This document shows, piece by piece, positions 27,211 through 39,732 of a DNA stretch of 56,395 nt; positions within the stretch are counted from its first letter, which is position 1; every line of letters starts with the position of its first letter. The notes under the pieces were generated by a model. It was not told the origin of the DNA. It worked only from the letters and a program-made list of their open reading frames with translations, and ran no database searches. The stretch is taken from the NCBI GenBank assembly GCA_000934665.2, contig KZ538823.1, positions 62,001 through 118,395 of the forward strand, in the 5' to 3' direction. The position numbers and the translations under genes are program-made. Origin of the DNA: Catajapyx aquilonaris. Its lineage: Eukaryota.

Positions 27211-27700
27211 ACTGACTCATTTTACTCCCCTGAATGTTGAAAATTTTTGCCTTTTCTAATTCTCCTTAGCCTGTAGTGTTGTGCAAACATCACCTCAGCT
27301 GCTAATACTCACATTAGCTGGGTCAAGATACAAGCGAAAAGGATATTCCTACAATGCCTGCAGCCGGTCCTGGGTCCCTGGTCGCCACAATTGTAGCGCT
27401 CTCTGGGGTCGCATGAAAGAGAAGTATCACCTCACCCGCTTTGAAATCAACTTTGTATAGCAATTTATGAATCCAGTCAAATCAATCAATTAAAAATTAT
27501 TACACATATCAGTCACGGGGACCTGCGACCCGCGACCGGCTGCAAGTGTTGTAGCTTCGGAATATCGCCTTTTGGCTTGTATTTTGACCCTGCTATTGTG
27601 AGCATTAGCAGCTGAGGTTATGTTTTCACAAACACTATAGGCCAAGGAGAATTAGAAAATTCACAAAATTTCAAAATTCAGGAGAGTAAAAAGAGTCAGT
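27211..27700. mobile_element. Foldback element with about 170-bp inverted arms
   Basis: actgactcattttactcccctgaat..cctcagctgctaat..gcagccggtc vs its reverse complement ending gagagtaaaagagtcagt. Confidence 0.75.
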
Positions 27701-27788
27701 GTCGTTGTCAGTATAAGAATTGTGGTATGGAGAGTCACTGTCGCACTTCCAGTTTGCTTGTATTTAGTATATTTTTTATTATCTTCAG

Positions 27789-27982
27789 ATAATATTGATA
27801 CCCGGAGTGCTCTCGAATCCATGCGTGACATGATTGGCAACTGCAACATTTACATCCGTCAGAAGGCCGCAACTAAAGATCCACCAAACTGCCAGCTGCT
27901 GAAGGATGTTGCGAATTATGTGAAGGGAATGCTAGAAATGTTCGGGGCTTCCTGGGAAGAGACCTCATCTGAGGTTGCTAGT
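27789..27982 (+). CDS. CARS1: Cysteinyl-tRNA synthetase coding exon 6
   Basis: DNIDTRSALESMRDMIGNCNIY..LEMFGA; donor gtgagt. Confidence 0.92.
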
Positions 27983-28055
27983 GTGAGTATGTCGCTTTCC
28001 TTACACCCCCAGTAACACTTGTGATGAGTGAAGAGAGACTGTCAGCATTATACTA

Positions 28056-29230
28056 CAGGGTGGACGGAAAGTTTCGGACCCNCCCGGTTTGGGATTCTAA
28101 AAGTGATAAAAAACGACATGGGACCAGATATAACCTCAGAATCACTTTTATTTAAGAGCTAAGAAAGCCTTTCAATACTTGGTATGTATCTCGACATTTC
28201 CCAAACACTGCTCCAGCCTGCGCCCAAAACTGTCACGAGCTATGAGCTGTACCTGTGTGCATGGCCGATATTCTTTGAACAGTGACTCCTGCAATGTGGC
28301 CCAAACATTCTCAATGACATTCAAGTGAAAATTCATGTCAGGGGAGTTCCCAGGCTAATGTTCCTAGACCTTTATTTTATTTTATTTTATTTTATTTTAT
28401 TTTATTTTATTATTTACCCCGTGATACAACTACTTGGTCGTTATAGGGGGGTGGCAGACCACCATACAGTTTTCTGATTTATTTTACTTCGAACTCCGGT
28501 GCAAGGATTACTAGGAAATAGGGTAAGGGTTGAGGAGTTGGGGAGGGGACACATGTGCAGGTGCATTGTCCAGCGGTGGGCCAGGTGCAGTCCCCCAGGA
28601 GGTCAGGTTGCCAAGACGCCTCCTTAGGCGCGGGTCACGACCCATTGACGCAAGCGAAAGGTTTGTTCCCGGGTGGGGATTAGAACCCGGGACCTTTCGC
28701 ATAGCAAGCCGAGGCGTTATCATCTCGGCCACCGTGCCTCCCGTTCCTAGACCTTTCCTGCAGGCTCCTTTATCCTGGCGATCATGCCTCTTGCAGTGTG
28801 AGCTTTGACTCCGTCTTGCATGAGGATTGCCAGATCTTGCTTCGGAAGCTGCATTTTGTCATTTATAGTGATGCAGCATAAAGGGGCAGAATCTTTACCC
28901 TGTAGTAATCGTCATTCACAGTGGCCCCTTCTGCAACGATATGAAGCTCGGTTTTTCCATAACGAGATGTCCCACCTGCGACCATGATCTTTAGGGGGAA
29001 TTTGGGCACACAGACGACTGGAATAAGCTTGGTATCTTTTGTTCTGATTCACCTGTTTCGCAGATTCGGGTGGGGATAAAGTTCCATGGGACTTTCATCT
29101 CTGAAGAGGATATGTGCACGTTTCAATCATCCATGAGCAGTGTCGTCACAAAATCCCTCTGTCATCACAAAATCCCTCTGCCTTCAAGCGAGTACAGATT
29201 GCGTGTCCTTGGAGGAGACATTCTGAATGC
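28056..29230 (-). mobile_element. Decayed Tc1-type transposon (interrupted by a SINE)
   Basis: TA|cagggtg terminus; - strand remnants FRDESP, QDKGAC and PGNSPDMN..NVIENVW resemble the Tc1 DDE motifs; other end not resolved. Confidence 0.6.
28374..28742 (-). mobile_element. tRNA-derived SINE family B, full length
   Basis: 14-bp TSD gttcctagaccttt (28360-28373, 28743-28756); (TAAAA)n tail; A and B boxes. Confidence 0.9.
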
Positions 29231-29897
29231 GGAAATGTGTTGTGCTGATTAATTTACCTGGGTAGAACTGCTAGAGCAAAAATTAGGGGTACCAATCATG
29301 CCAATGTGAGGGTCAGAAAGTAATGAGCCTGGGTCCGCAATTTAAGGCAATCCTTTTCATATTTTTATTGGACCAGGTTATAGACCAATCCTAAAAATAA
29401 TGCCAGGAGTGAATTCACAACATTCGAATGGAGGGGATATCATCAAAAAGTGGTCATGAAAGCCTTACCTGCATCAAAATATGACCAGTGTCTTCCAAGG
29501 CAACAAGCAAAATAAGCACAAAGCAGACCGGATGTAATAATGACTCACAGGGGTGGAAGTTATTAATGAAGCATTTATACACTTGCATATAACAATTTTT
29601 AACACAATATTTTCCTCTCAGATGTGGAACGAATATGCATTGGCTGAAAGAGCAAGTTTCAACGATTCAAACGATATTTTAAAATCGAAGGTTTCTTAAA
29701 TTATGATTCCCCTGGAAAGAGTGTCCGACTTGAATTTTTTCCTTAACACGGGGATCTATGGTACACTTACAGTTACCTCAAATAGATTTCTTTGTGCTGT
29801 TTGCTCCAAACTTACGAGTATGTTTTGTGATATACCATTGGAATGTATTCAGGGTGAATCCCCCACCCACATGGCCTAGGCCGCAGGGCTGGAAAGA

Positions 29898-29970
<73 letters not shown>
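29898..29970. repeat. (ATT)n microsatellite, probably a retroposon 3' tail
   Basis: Directly visible; preceded by a GC-rich segment. Confidence 0.85.
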
Positions 29971-29971
<1 letters not shown>

Positions 29972-30065
29972 ATAGGGCAATTCTTTTTTGATGGCCCTGT
30001 ATGTTATTATTTCATTAGATGTGTTGTTCTGATGTGAATTATTTCTGAAATTTTTTAAATTTCAG

Positions 30066-30443
30066 CGAGAGGAAATCCTGATGCCAGTGCTTCGCTCAGT
30101 AGCAGAATTCCGTGAGTCAGTTCGCCAGTCTGCTCGTAAACTGAAAGCAATGGATATCCTGTCTGAATGTGACCGCCTGCGAGATGAAGTCTTACCAGAG
30201 CATGGTGTAAGGCTGGAAGACAAAGAGGAGGGTCTCCCACCAGCTGTCAAGTTAGTGGATAAGGAGGAACTGCGCAAGGAGAAAGAAGCCAAAATGAAAC
30301 AGGAGGAGGAAAAGCGGAAAGAGAAAGAGAGGAAGAAGGAGAAAGAGAGGGAAAAGGAGAGGGAGAAGGAACAGCAGAGAAAGATTAACCCAAAGGACAT
30401 GTTCAAAGATCAGGTGGACAAGTTCTCAAAGTTTGATGAGAAG
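30066..30443 (+). CDS. CARS1: Cysteinyl-tRNA synthetase coding exon 7
   Basis: [38 protein letters not shown] with a K/E-rich coiled coil; ttcag acceptor, gtgagt donor. Confidence 0.95.
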
Positions 30444-30519
30444 GTGAGTTTTCCGAGAATTTCTTAAAATGGTTGCTTTTATTTACAGCCTGCTACGTGT
30501 ATTAGAAATGAGATTATAT

Positions 30520-31527
30520 GAAGACCTCGGGAGAAAAAAACCATCAAGGTCCATCTCATGTGAAACTGAGATATTGTAATTTCAAACTTTGAAGACTCAC
30601 CCAATTCTTGTGTATATCCCAACATTGGTTTGAAAGTCATTATTAATGGTACATACCATGGGAAGATGGGATACATGCGACAATTTAAACCAATATTGTT
30701 GTCAGCATAGGTTTTTATTTAGCAACATCAGTACCACATGTGGCAAAGGGCAGGTCCGCATAAAAATGTTGATAACCCTGGGGTATCAATGGCATGAGGC
30801 TCTGCAAATCATTGTGTTTCGCTTGCGAAATTGGCACTCTCCCTGGATACATCTCACGAGACTGACTGGAAGGTTCTACATGCCTCTTCACAACAATCAA
30901 TGATCCCCATGGCCCATCAAAAGTGTTCCTGTGAAAGATGAGCTTGGGTTCGTTTTCAATTATCTTCTTCTCTCTTCTTTTCTGGCTTTTCTGAATAGGA
31001 AATGAGCATTTGGAGACATAGAGTTTTTCCAGGTATGAATTACGCAAAAAAGGATTAGGCTTTTGACATGCATCTGCAAAAATCGTGGCCCAATCGGAAG
31101 GAACAACTGTTTCAGAACCTTGGTTTATCAAGACAAAATCTTTGTCACATTACTCCATGTAACTGTGACCTCTAATGGGAAATGTCACTTGGATTGTTAG
31201 AAACCTATGCACAAACAACTGTAGCATATGATACATGAGGCCTCTGAGGATTGTGTAGTTGTTTTTTTGCCCCCATTTGCAAAAACTGTTGACTGTCACC
31301 GAGTGCAAGGATGGACGTTGATCAGTTTTCCCCCAAAGGTGGTGGATGTTGATCATTCTTCCAACAATTCCAAATATTTCAGGGCCTCTCATAGCGAACT
31401 AAGATTATTATTTCACCACAACAACGACCAAACCATCATATGCTATGCTAGTCAAACTATCCTATGGAATATGTAACTCATTTTGGACAAAAAGTGGACC
31501 TTGATTGTTTTTTCTCCCGAGGTCTTT
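30520..31527 (-). mobile_element. Sola1 DNA transposon, internally deleted
   Basis: About 32-bp TIR aagacctcgggagaaaaaa.catcaaggtcca; ATAT on the left flank; transposase remnants GQKNN..FPIRGHSYME*DKDF..PSDW..KPNPF and PISQAKHNDLQSL..IP..Y..FY. Confidence 0.8.
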
Positions 31528-31753
31528 GTGTGTAACTGGTGACCATCATTGTTATAAAATTTTTGGCCAAAAATATTTTAATTTTGAAGGGATGCTGCAG
31601 ACAACACAGTCATTCTCTTAATTCCCTTTCATGCCCATCACATTTTTTTTGGAAGGGTTAGTGAAACTCCATGAATGTGGTCCTTGTTTTTCACACATGT
31701 TGGTCAAATATTGTATGCATGAATGGAAAATTTACTTGAAATATAAACAGTAA

Positions 31754-32347
31754 AGGCTGTTTTACGGATTCCCTTTTCGCGTTATATAGCGACTTCATCC
31801 CGCAAACTGCAAGTCGTCGCTGCATATGGGTGGGCAACAAAAAGCCGCTTCCTGCTGTGTGTCCATTTACGAAAAGGTTGCTGCTCGTGGCAAAGTATGA
31901 GAAGGTATGGGCAAGTATGAGAAGGAGAGGGTCGGAGAAGTACGTGCACTAGGCCAACCTGGGGTCAGGGCGGGCTCCGGGGCGGTTAGCCGGGTAAGGG
32001 CAGTGTCCTGGACCACATACGGGGCAAAAGGACGGGACATTAGCGGCCAGGCGGACTGGAAAAAACGGGGGAAAGAAGCAAGGCAGGGGGGACGAGGAGG
32101 TGAGGGGGGCGTGGATGTCACGGGACTGGATGGGACTCCTTCCTTCCTCTGTGCCTATGGGCTCAACGCAACAGCATACTGCCCGACTTCTGGAGAATTT
32201 GAAGTCGGTAGCTCACTCTTCCCACAGCAAAATGCAGCTGTGTGCTGCGCGTTGTCTTTTGATAAATTGGTCTGCCGAGCACGTTGCTTGCTGTCCGGCG
32301 TTATGAAGTCGCTTTATAACGTGAAAAGCGAATTCGTAAAACAGCCT
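31754..32347. mobile_element. PIF/Harbinger-type MITE
   Basis: TAA TSD; about 45-bp TIR aggctgttttacg / cgtaaaacagcct. Confidence 0.8.
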
Positions 32348-32378
32348 TAAGGTGACTGACAGGTCTGTTTGAAAAAAG

Positions 32379-32728
32379 TTTTTTTTTTGTTTTGTTTTGT
32401 TTTTTTTTTTTCATTACCCCATATCTACACATATATGGAGGGTGGATTACCACCATCGGGATTATTTTTGGAGCGAGTCAAGATTTAATCTTGTTAGTAT
32501 GCTCCCAAGGTAATTAGGAGGGGATGTGCAAAGTGCGTGTGCGCGGGCGAGTAGTGGTCATTTTGTGAACTCCCCCGGGTGGCTTAGTCTATCGGAAATT
32601 GCCACCCGAAACGAAGCCAGAGATGGCCCAACTCTGCACGAAAGAAGGTGGGAACCCCGGGTGGGGATTGAACCCGGGACCTTAACTTCCGTGGGCGCGC
32701 GCGTTACCGCGGCGCCACTCCGTCTCCC
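32379..32728 (-). mobile_element. tRNA-derived SINE family A, tail type 2
   Basis: TSD ttgaa(a/g)aaag; poly-A tail; nearly identical to the 50204 copy. Confidence 0.9.
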
Positions 32729-32964
32729 TTGAAGAAAGAAAATGTTTTCTTACATATTGGGAAGTTTTGAACAAAGCCTTGCTGGAAAATCCCTAGGAAA
32801 GGGTTAAAATATTGTGCAGTCATGTGTGCTCTTCTGAGCTTCGGAAGACGTGTTAGACTGGGTGTTCCTTACTACTCGGACATCAGGCTGGTAGTGTGCT
32901 TGTCGGCCCAAAACAAGTTGATTATGTAGGGGCAGCCCCCCGCAACTCCCTCTCTATTTGCATG

Positions 32965-33184
32965 AACTTAGAGAGTCTCCACCACCCCGAATTTGGCGTT
33001 GCCATCACTCCACTGTCCCCAGGTGCACTCGGGCGGATGGCGAGCAAGCCTACGAATGTGCTCCAGACCCAGCTGCAGGGGAAAGGATGGTTTAGGTTGG
33101 TTCAAAAGGCGTTCGCCCGAGTGCCCCTTGGGACAATGCAGTGACGGCAGCGCCAAATCTGGGGTGGCGGAGACTCTCTAAGTT
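32965..33184. mobile_element. Hairpin MITE with about 75-bp arms
   Basis: aacttagagagtctccaccacccc ... ggggtggcggagactctctaagtt. Confidence 0.8.
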
Positions 33185-33543
33185 TGCAGCTGTCACGTAC
33201 ACTAGGGTAGGAGTTGCCGGGCCTGTGTAGGGGTGAGAGATGTGTCAAGGGACCAACAGTAAACAGATGGCAGTGAACATTTACTTGCCCCTAGACACTT
33301 GTGAGGACCAACACTACAGCTTTTTATTGGTGAGAGTGGCAGGAAATGACTTGCACATGTACCATGGTTGTCTTGGAAGCAGATACAAGTGTGGTACTGA
33401 TTATTGTGCACAAGGTGACCTTGTAAAATCTTGTTGGAGCTTTATCTTGCAACTAAAAGGCTGTGGGTTGCCACATGTGTCTAGAGGCAGGCAAATGTTT
33501 GTTGTCATCAGCAGGGTGACGGGGAGGGGATGGGTAAGGTGCT

Positions 33544-33736
33544 AGTGCAATGTCGTTGCTGTGGTCATTTTGTGAACTCCACTGGGTGGATTAGTCTCAA
33601 GGAATTCCACCTGAGACGAAACCAGAGATGACCTGACTCGGCACGTGATGAAAGGGGGGGAAAGCCGGGCTTGGGATCGAACCCAGGACTCTTTCACAGT
33701 GGGCATGTGCGTTACCACAGTGCCACTCCACCTCCC
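33544..33736 (-). mobile_element. SINE family A, partial and diverged
   Basis: Family A head and body present, no tail. Confidence 0.75.
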
Positions 33737-33766
33737 TCTTAAATGCACAGTTAATGCCAATCAATT

Positions 33767-34111
33767 TATTTATTTATTTTACCCCGTGATACAACTGTAA
33801 GTCGTTCTAGGGGAGTGACCTACCACCATCGGTTTTCTAGTATTTCATACTTTTTTCTTCGTTCTCTGTGCAGGGAAGCAAGGAAATGGGATAAGGATAG
33901 GGATTTTTGGGGAGGGGACACTTGTGCAGGTGCAACGTCGGATGTCGGGCCATGTACAGTCCCCCAGAAGGCTAGGTTGCCAAGACGCCTTCTTAGGCAC
34001 GGGCAGAGACCCACTGACGCAGGCGGAAGGGAAATCCCGGGCGGGGATCGAACCCGGGACCTTCCACTCAGCAAGCCCAGACATTACGATTTCGGCCAAA
34101 GCACCTTCCCC
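33767..34111 (-). mobile_element. tRNA-derived SINE family B, full length
   Basis: 17-bp TSD gttaatgccaatcaatt (33750-33766, 34112-34128); (TAAA)n tail. Confidence 0.9.
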
Positions 34112-34679
34112 GTTAATGCCAATCAATTATTTTACGGTCTAAAAATAAACTCAGATTCGTTCAAGTCCCAAATGATATCATCACCTCTACGTATGATGTT
34201 AATATGATTGGAAGTGTTCTTTTAGAGTGACAGAAAATAAGCTTTATTGTTACATCGAAAATAAATTTTCAAAAATACAGTAGAACCCTGATTATCCAAC
34301 TCCTGGATTTATCCAACCGTTCCGCTCCAGGAATAAGTGTTTTTCTCATCAAATACTGTAATGTACTATGCCGATGGGGGTTGGCCACGGTCGGCTAGGT
34401 TAGGAAGGGTCTCACTTATCTGACCCCCTCCTACCATGACCAGCCCAAACCCTTGCACTGTTGCAATTTCCAGCTCTACAATTTTTTTTGAAGTTCATCA
34501 TGTTCTGATTCCTACTATATCAGTATTTGCAATGGGATATTGTATAGGTAAACAATTTTTTTTTGTGTAAATCAACAGGTCAACACTCAGCATGTAAACC
34601 AAATATCTCTAAACCTTTTCCATCTTGTTGTTCCATTATTATGCAATTTGACATTTTGGTGATATTGTGTATGTTTCAG

Positions 34680-34841
34680 GGAATGCCAACTCATGATGTG
34701 GAAGGCAAAGAGATTGGAAAGAAGCCGCTGAAAAAGCTGCAAAAGTTGTATGACGCTCAAGAGAAGCTGTACCAGGAGTACTTGTCATCACAGCAGGGAG
34801 TTGAAAGTAATGAAACATCAAATGATTCAAAAACCACCTGA
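34680..34841 (+). CDS. CARS1: Cysteinyl-tRNA synthetase coding exon 8 (terminal)
   Basis: [35 protein letters not shown], the conserved CARS1 C-terminus; TGA stop. The eight exons sum to 2214 nt with compatible phases. Confidence 0.95.
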   Translation, partial: GMPTHDVEGKEIGKKPLKKLQKLYDAQEKLYQEYLSSQQGVESNETSNDSKTT

Positions 34842-34862
34842 TTCTGCTTTTGTTACTGAGCA

Positions 34863-34868
34863 AATAAA
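34863..34868 (+). terminator. Candidate polyadenylation signal of CARS1
   Basis: AATAAA about 20 bp after the stop codon. Confidence 0.5.
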
Positions 34869-35234
34869 GTGCAGAATATTCAGATAACAGTGGTCTCAGC
34901 AGGTTCAGTTATTTAATGGAAGATCATTACCCTTACATAATGCAGAGTAATGCATTAGAAATTTCAGATCAGTGGGTTTTTGTGAATTTTATGTAATTAA
35001 ACTGTTTAAAAACTGACTTACACCACTGATAGTACACTTCAAAGACATAATTATTATACAATACCTACCGTACCTCCATTTTACTGAAAATGAGTGCCAG
35101 ATCATTCAGCAAGTCAGGTACTATTTGTAGCAGAAAACAAAATGAGGATATTTGTATTGTACTAATTTTACTTTTTCTAACCGTTTGCCAGTAAATGTGG
35201 CCATATCAGTTGAGTTATATTGTGTGTGTGTGTA

Positions 35235-35510
35235 TTACCCCGTGATAGGGCCTTGGGCCCTTTTAGGGGGAGAAGCGGAGGTTCCCAAGGGAGGGCGCTC
35301 TTAAATAGTTTTTAGTCATTCAGACCCTGTTAAATGCCAGACATTTTCTCTTGGCCCTGGGTAGAGAAGGGAGTGCAAATCTGCCTGGACATGTCAGATG
35401 AAAAGCTGAAAATGACCCGACCAAGCGAAGGTGACAAGGACAGGATTTGAACCCTAGACCCAGCGCTGCCGCGTACCCGGGGGAGAGGGGAAGATTTAGG
35501 TGACCCACCA
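35235..35510 (-). mobile_element. SINE family C (diverged copy)
   Basis: Tail ttaccccgtgat; B box ggttcaaatcc; homologous to the adjacent copy. Confidence 0.65.
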
Positions 35511-35540
35511 AGGTCCTATTTTTATCGGCCTATTCCTATA

Positions 35541-35832
35541 TGTATTTTATTTATTTATTTTTGTTACCCCGTGATAGAGCTCATGGCCCTCTTAGGGGGG
35601 AAGGGGAAGTTCCCAAGGGAGGACGCCATGCGATAGCCATTTCTGACATTCTTTTAACACCAGGCCTTTTCTCCTGGCCCCGAGCAGAGAAGGGAGGGAA
35701 ATTCTGCTCTGGCATGTCGGGAGAAAAGCGGAAAAAGACCTGGCCAAGCAGAGGTGACGGGGATGGGATTTGAACCCCGGCCTCCTGCTTGGCTGGCCAG
35801 TGGCGTAACTGCTAGACCACCATGCTGCCCCA
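35541..35832 (-). mobile_element. tRNA-derived SINE family C
   Basis: Head ggggcagcatggtggtctagc..ggttcaaatccc; TSD cctattc(c/g)tata; tail shared with family B. Confidence 0.8.
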
Positions 35833-36072
35833 CCTATTCGTATACACGCGTTGGTTACCATATTAGTCGCTTGAATTTGCACCTTTTTCTCCGAGAATGG
35901 AGAGACAAACGTGTCAATTTTCGATGCCCTTGAGCTACGATGCATACCAGTAGTTATGAATTTTTTGAAAGCTAGTGGTCAAGCTAAAAAAATTGCCTTC
36001 TTAACTATCAATGGTTACAACATTTTTGCGGTGGGCTGTGGCTTTGCAATCAACTTATTTATGATAATTTAA

Positions 36073-36766
36073 TGTAATACATATTTCATAACGTATGTCC
36101 TCTTGATACCAATGTAAATCAATACGGAGGCCTTGACGTATGCCCCAGGGGGATCATTAGGGGTAGTTTTTAACTGGGAAGGTTTTTAGTACATTGGACT
36201 TGACCTCTGAGGTCATCCATGGCCGCAGAGGCGAAAGGCAGGAAAGCCACACGGACGGGGTGCAAACTACGTCTGTAAGCTTCCATACCCAACCAGCAGA
36301 TGGCAGAGGAGTTGATAACGTGAAGACTCACACACCATCATACATTTTGGAGGGTTGGGTCACTCCTCTCCTAAGGTGGATGCCATCTTTGGTCCAATAT
36401 GACACACTCATTCTTATTATACATATTTCCCAACGTTCCCAATGCAAATTAATATGGAGGCCTAGACATATGCCCAGGGCCAGGGGGATCATTAGGGGTA
36501 GTTTTTAGCACATTGGACTTGACCTCCGAGGTCATCCGTGGCCGCAGAGGCGAAAGGCAGGAAAGCAGGAACCCCGGATGTAGCATTGATCGAGGGAGAG
36601 ATCGAGGATCGAGGGAGAAAAAGAGGGACTTCATGCACATGCAATATGCTCCATGTTACAGGTATCCCAACATTGTATAGGTGTAGGTAGGTTATTGCAA
36701 AGGTAACTACCAAATATCCTATGGAAAAGTATTTCATAACCCGAGCAAAGCCGGGTATCTTGTTAG
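36073..36766 (+). mobile_element. Non-autonomous Helitron related to 7476-9713
   Basis: 5' tgtaatacatatttca; shared cattaggggtagtttt..gacctccgaggtcatcc block (present twice); 3' aagtatttcataacccgagcaaagccgggtatcttgttag|t. Confidence 0.8.
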
Positions 36767-36888
36767 TTGTAATTAAGACAGAACCAAAAAGGAGGTCTCA
36801 GGAAAAGGAGGATATGGAAGGGGAGGCAGGAGTGAAGAACTGAAGATGACGGGAATTAATGTACTGTATTAGTAAATAATTGCAAATA

Positions 36889-37222
36889 GGGAGACGGAGT
36901 GGCGCCGCGGTAACGCGCGCTCTCACGGAAGTTAAGGTCCTGGGTTCAATCCCCACCCGGGGTTCCCACCTTCTTTCGTGCAGAGTTGGGACATCTCTGG
37001 TTTCATTTCGGGTGGGAATTTCCGCTAGACTAACCCACTCGGGGGAGTTTACAAAATGACCAAGCAACGACATTGCACTTGCACTTTGCACATCCCCTCC
37101 TATTTACCCTTGGAGTAATTAAATACATATATGTATATCGCTCCAAACCCCAAATGGTGGTAATCCACCCCCCCTAGAAATGGCCTATAGGCCAGATAAT
37201 GGGGTACAACTTTAAAAAAAAA
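36889..37222 (+). mobile_element. tRNA-derived SINE family A, tail type 2
   Basis: TSD tgcaaata; A and B boxes; tail tggtggtaatccaccccc..ggggta followed by an A run. Confidence 0.88.
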
Positions 37223-37517
37223 TGCAAATAAATGTGAGATTTGATGGGCTGCATCGACTGATTTGGCTGGGTCAGTCCAGAAATTTTCGGGAAATAACTC
37301 AGTTATTGTGCCAGCATTGGCAGTATTGGCCAGACTCTGATATTGAAATAGACGATTTTTTCCCACAGCACAAATAGACATCATACCAGGTTTTTCTTGT
37401 GTTAATTACAATTAAACTATCATAAATAACACGATTATAAACCACGGACCGACCTTAAAATGTTGGCAGCATTCGATGGATAAAAATGCAATTGTTTAAT
37501 ATTTACATTTTTACTTC

Positions 37518-38288
37518 TGTCACGCTGGGACGGAGATTATGATTGGGAGTGAGGATAGGTTTGGATGCCCACCGGGTTCTCCAGTATGGAGTGGGTTGGG
37601 GCACTCTTAATCAAGGCGAGTTCTCATTACACATTTATTGGGCAGTACATGACAATGGTTATAGGCATTTACAGACACTTTCAGGATGACCACCCCTGCT
37701 TATGGCTGGACATGGGACCAGGCTTTTACTGGTTACGCGTGCACAGTACTGACACCCATACTCACTGCTGCTGGTGGCGCTGGCGTCTCTCGGGTTCAGG
37801 GATATCTTGGGACTCTTCTGTGCCTCTGGACTGATCCAGATGACTCCTCGACCGTTCCTCCGACGTTACTCCAACGTTCGACTCTCAGACATCCGACTTC
37901 ACGCTCGGCTTATCCACGCTCTCCGCTCGAACCAAACTGGCCGATTCTCGCTCCTTACATCCTCCTGATATTTTAGGTTTCTCCTCTATTTTTCTGGGTT
38001 TGGGGGTCCTTGTGTGTCCAAACCGTATGACTTTCCCTTCTTTTCCGGGTTATAGGTCACTAGGTAGTCAACAGGATTCATTCCATTACTCTAGGCTATG
38101 GCTCCTTGTTGACTTGCCCTTGGCTGTTGTTCCTGGTCCAATCTCCCTTTTACTTCCGTTTTCTCTGCCGGTTGGGCCACCGCCACACTTCCCCAAAAAA
38201 TCTCAATATGCTATCTCGCACAGCCATCAAAAATGGATGTTAAAAGTAGCGAATTAGAGTGAATGTGGCCATTCTTTGATATGTTACA
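37518..38288 (-). mobile_element. Possible solo LTR
   Basis: TGTCACG..GTTACA ends, internal TTTATT, pyrimidine-skewed body; no TSD found. Confidence 0.35.
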
Positions 38289-38756
38289 CATATTTAAACA
38301 GGGTCTCCAATGACACTTTGCATGAATATTTAATTTTTTTTTCATTTGTGAGATCATTGCGGTCAATGAATACAGCCCAATATTTTTTCAAATGAATCGT
38401 GTGAGAGGCAGATTCGGCAGTTGCATTAGCGGAAATCCACTATACAAACAGCCTCAGCGAGGCCCCTAAAAATTGTGGCCCAGAGAGGGGGCTTCATCTT
38501 TAACTAGGAGTGGTCATCCGAGTTAACACCGCAGCCCCCCTCTCTGGGCCCTTGCACATAGTGCCACAAAGACAATGTCACATTATGCAGAAGCTTATAC
38601 CATTATCACGAGAGCCCCAGCATGACTTTAAATAAATTTGCTGTCATTTGCTAATAATAATTGAACTTGTAGGGGCCCTGCATCACTTTAGCTAGTTTAG
38701 CAGTTGGAAACTCGAAATTGTCAATTGTTAATTTTTAATTGACGTCAATAATAGCC

Positions 38757-38941
38757 TATACTGTAAACCGCAAAACAGTAAATGAGCATCACTGGTGAGT
38801 CTCTCATGGAACATCAATTTTTAATGCTCTTCTAATGGTCTTGTGAAAGGATCACGAGAGCATTAGCAGAGCATTAAAAATTGATGTTCCATGAGAGATT
38901 CACCAGTGATGCTCTTTCAATGTTTTGTGGTTTACAGTGTA
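38757..38941. mobile_element. Palindromic MITE (about 90-bp arms, short loop)
   Basis: actgtaaacc..ctctcatggaacatcaatttttaatgctct / agagcattaaaaattgatgttccatgagag..ggtttacagt. Confidence 0.8.
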
Positions 38942-39382
38942 CACATTAATTTCATAACAATAGTGCCTCTAAAAAAGGTACATATGTTACAAACCCTCAG
39001 GCGCAGGGCCCGGGGTGCCCCCCCNCCCCCACACACACACACACTCTGGCGCTGCCTGGACCTCCTGCTTGACTGGCCAGTAGCATAGCCACTAGACCAC
39101 CATGCCCCCCAGTTTCGTTATTATTGTCAGTGTTGTCAATAATTAGATGAAGCATCTTCATCTACCTCTTGGTTTGACCTGTACCCACCTGTACCTGTAT
39201 GTTTTCCCTGCACATTGCAAAGCCTTGGGATGGCCTTTGTAATAAGAAAGGACCACTTTAACTTATGGTTGCCCCAGCAGCAAAATCCAGCTGAACCAAC
39301 TCTGAATGGAAGGTCATAACTCTTGGGCTTCCTTGTAGCTCTTGCTTGTAGTTAGGGTTGGTAAACTAGAATTCCAATGGAG

Positions 39383-39521
39383 TACAGTGGTGGAAATTAA
39401 TGGATATCCACAAGTGTGGCCATTTGGCGGAGTTTTCCCTCTACATGAAGCAGCTTCATGTCGAGGGAAAACTCCAACAGATGGTCGTACCTGTGGATAT
39501 CCATTAATTCCCACCACTATA
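39383..39521. mobile_element. Palindromic MITE (about 69-bp arms, essentially no spacer)
   Basis: agtggtggaaattaatggatatccaca..acatgaagc-a-gcttcatgt..tgtggatatccattaattcccaccact. Confidence 0.8.
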
Positions 39522-39732
39522 CCATATCAGGTTGAGTTAACTATTAAGCATTTCAAAAGTAAGTATGTTTGACTCTCTTTTTGTTAATAGTTTCCCACCG
39601 ATATCAGCAGATCTACATATGTGATGGCACATATCTTGATCTACTACCAGGCTCACTTCATGTCAATTAAAGCATTTTTTGAACGATGACACCAATTTGA
39701 TAAGCCCTTGTCTGGCAGTCACCACCACATAT

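Noticed and set aside
31867..32350. GC-rich 147-aa ORF in the CARS1 intron
   Set aside because: Lies inside a Harbinger-type MITE; low complexity with no homology evident
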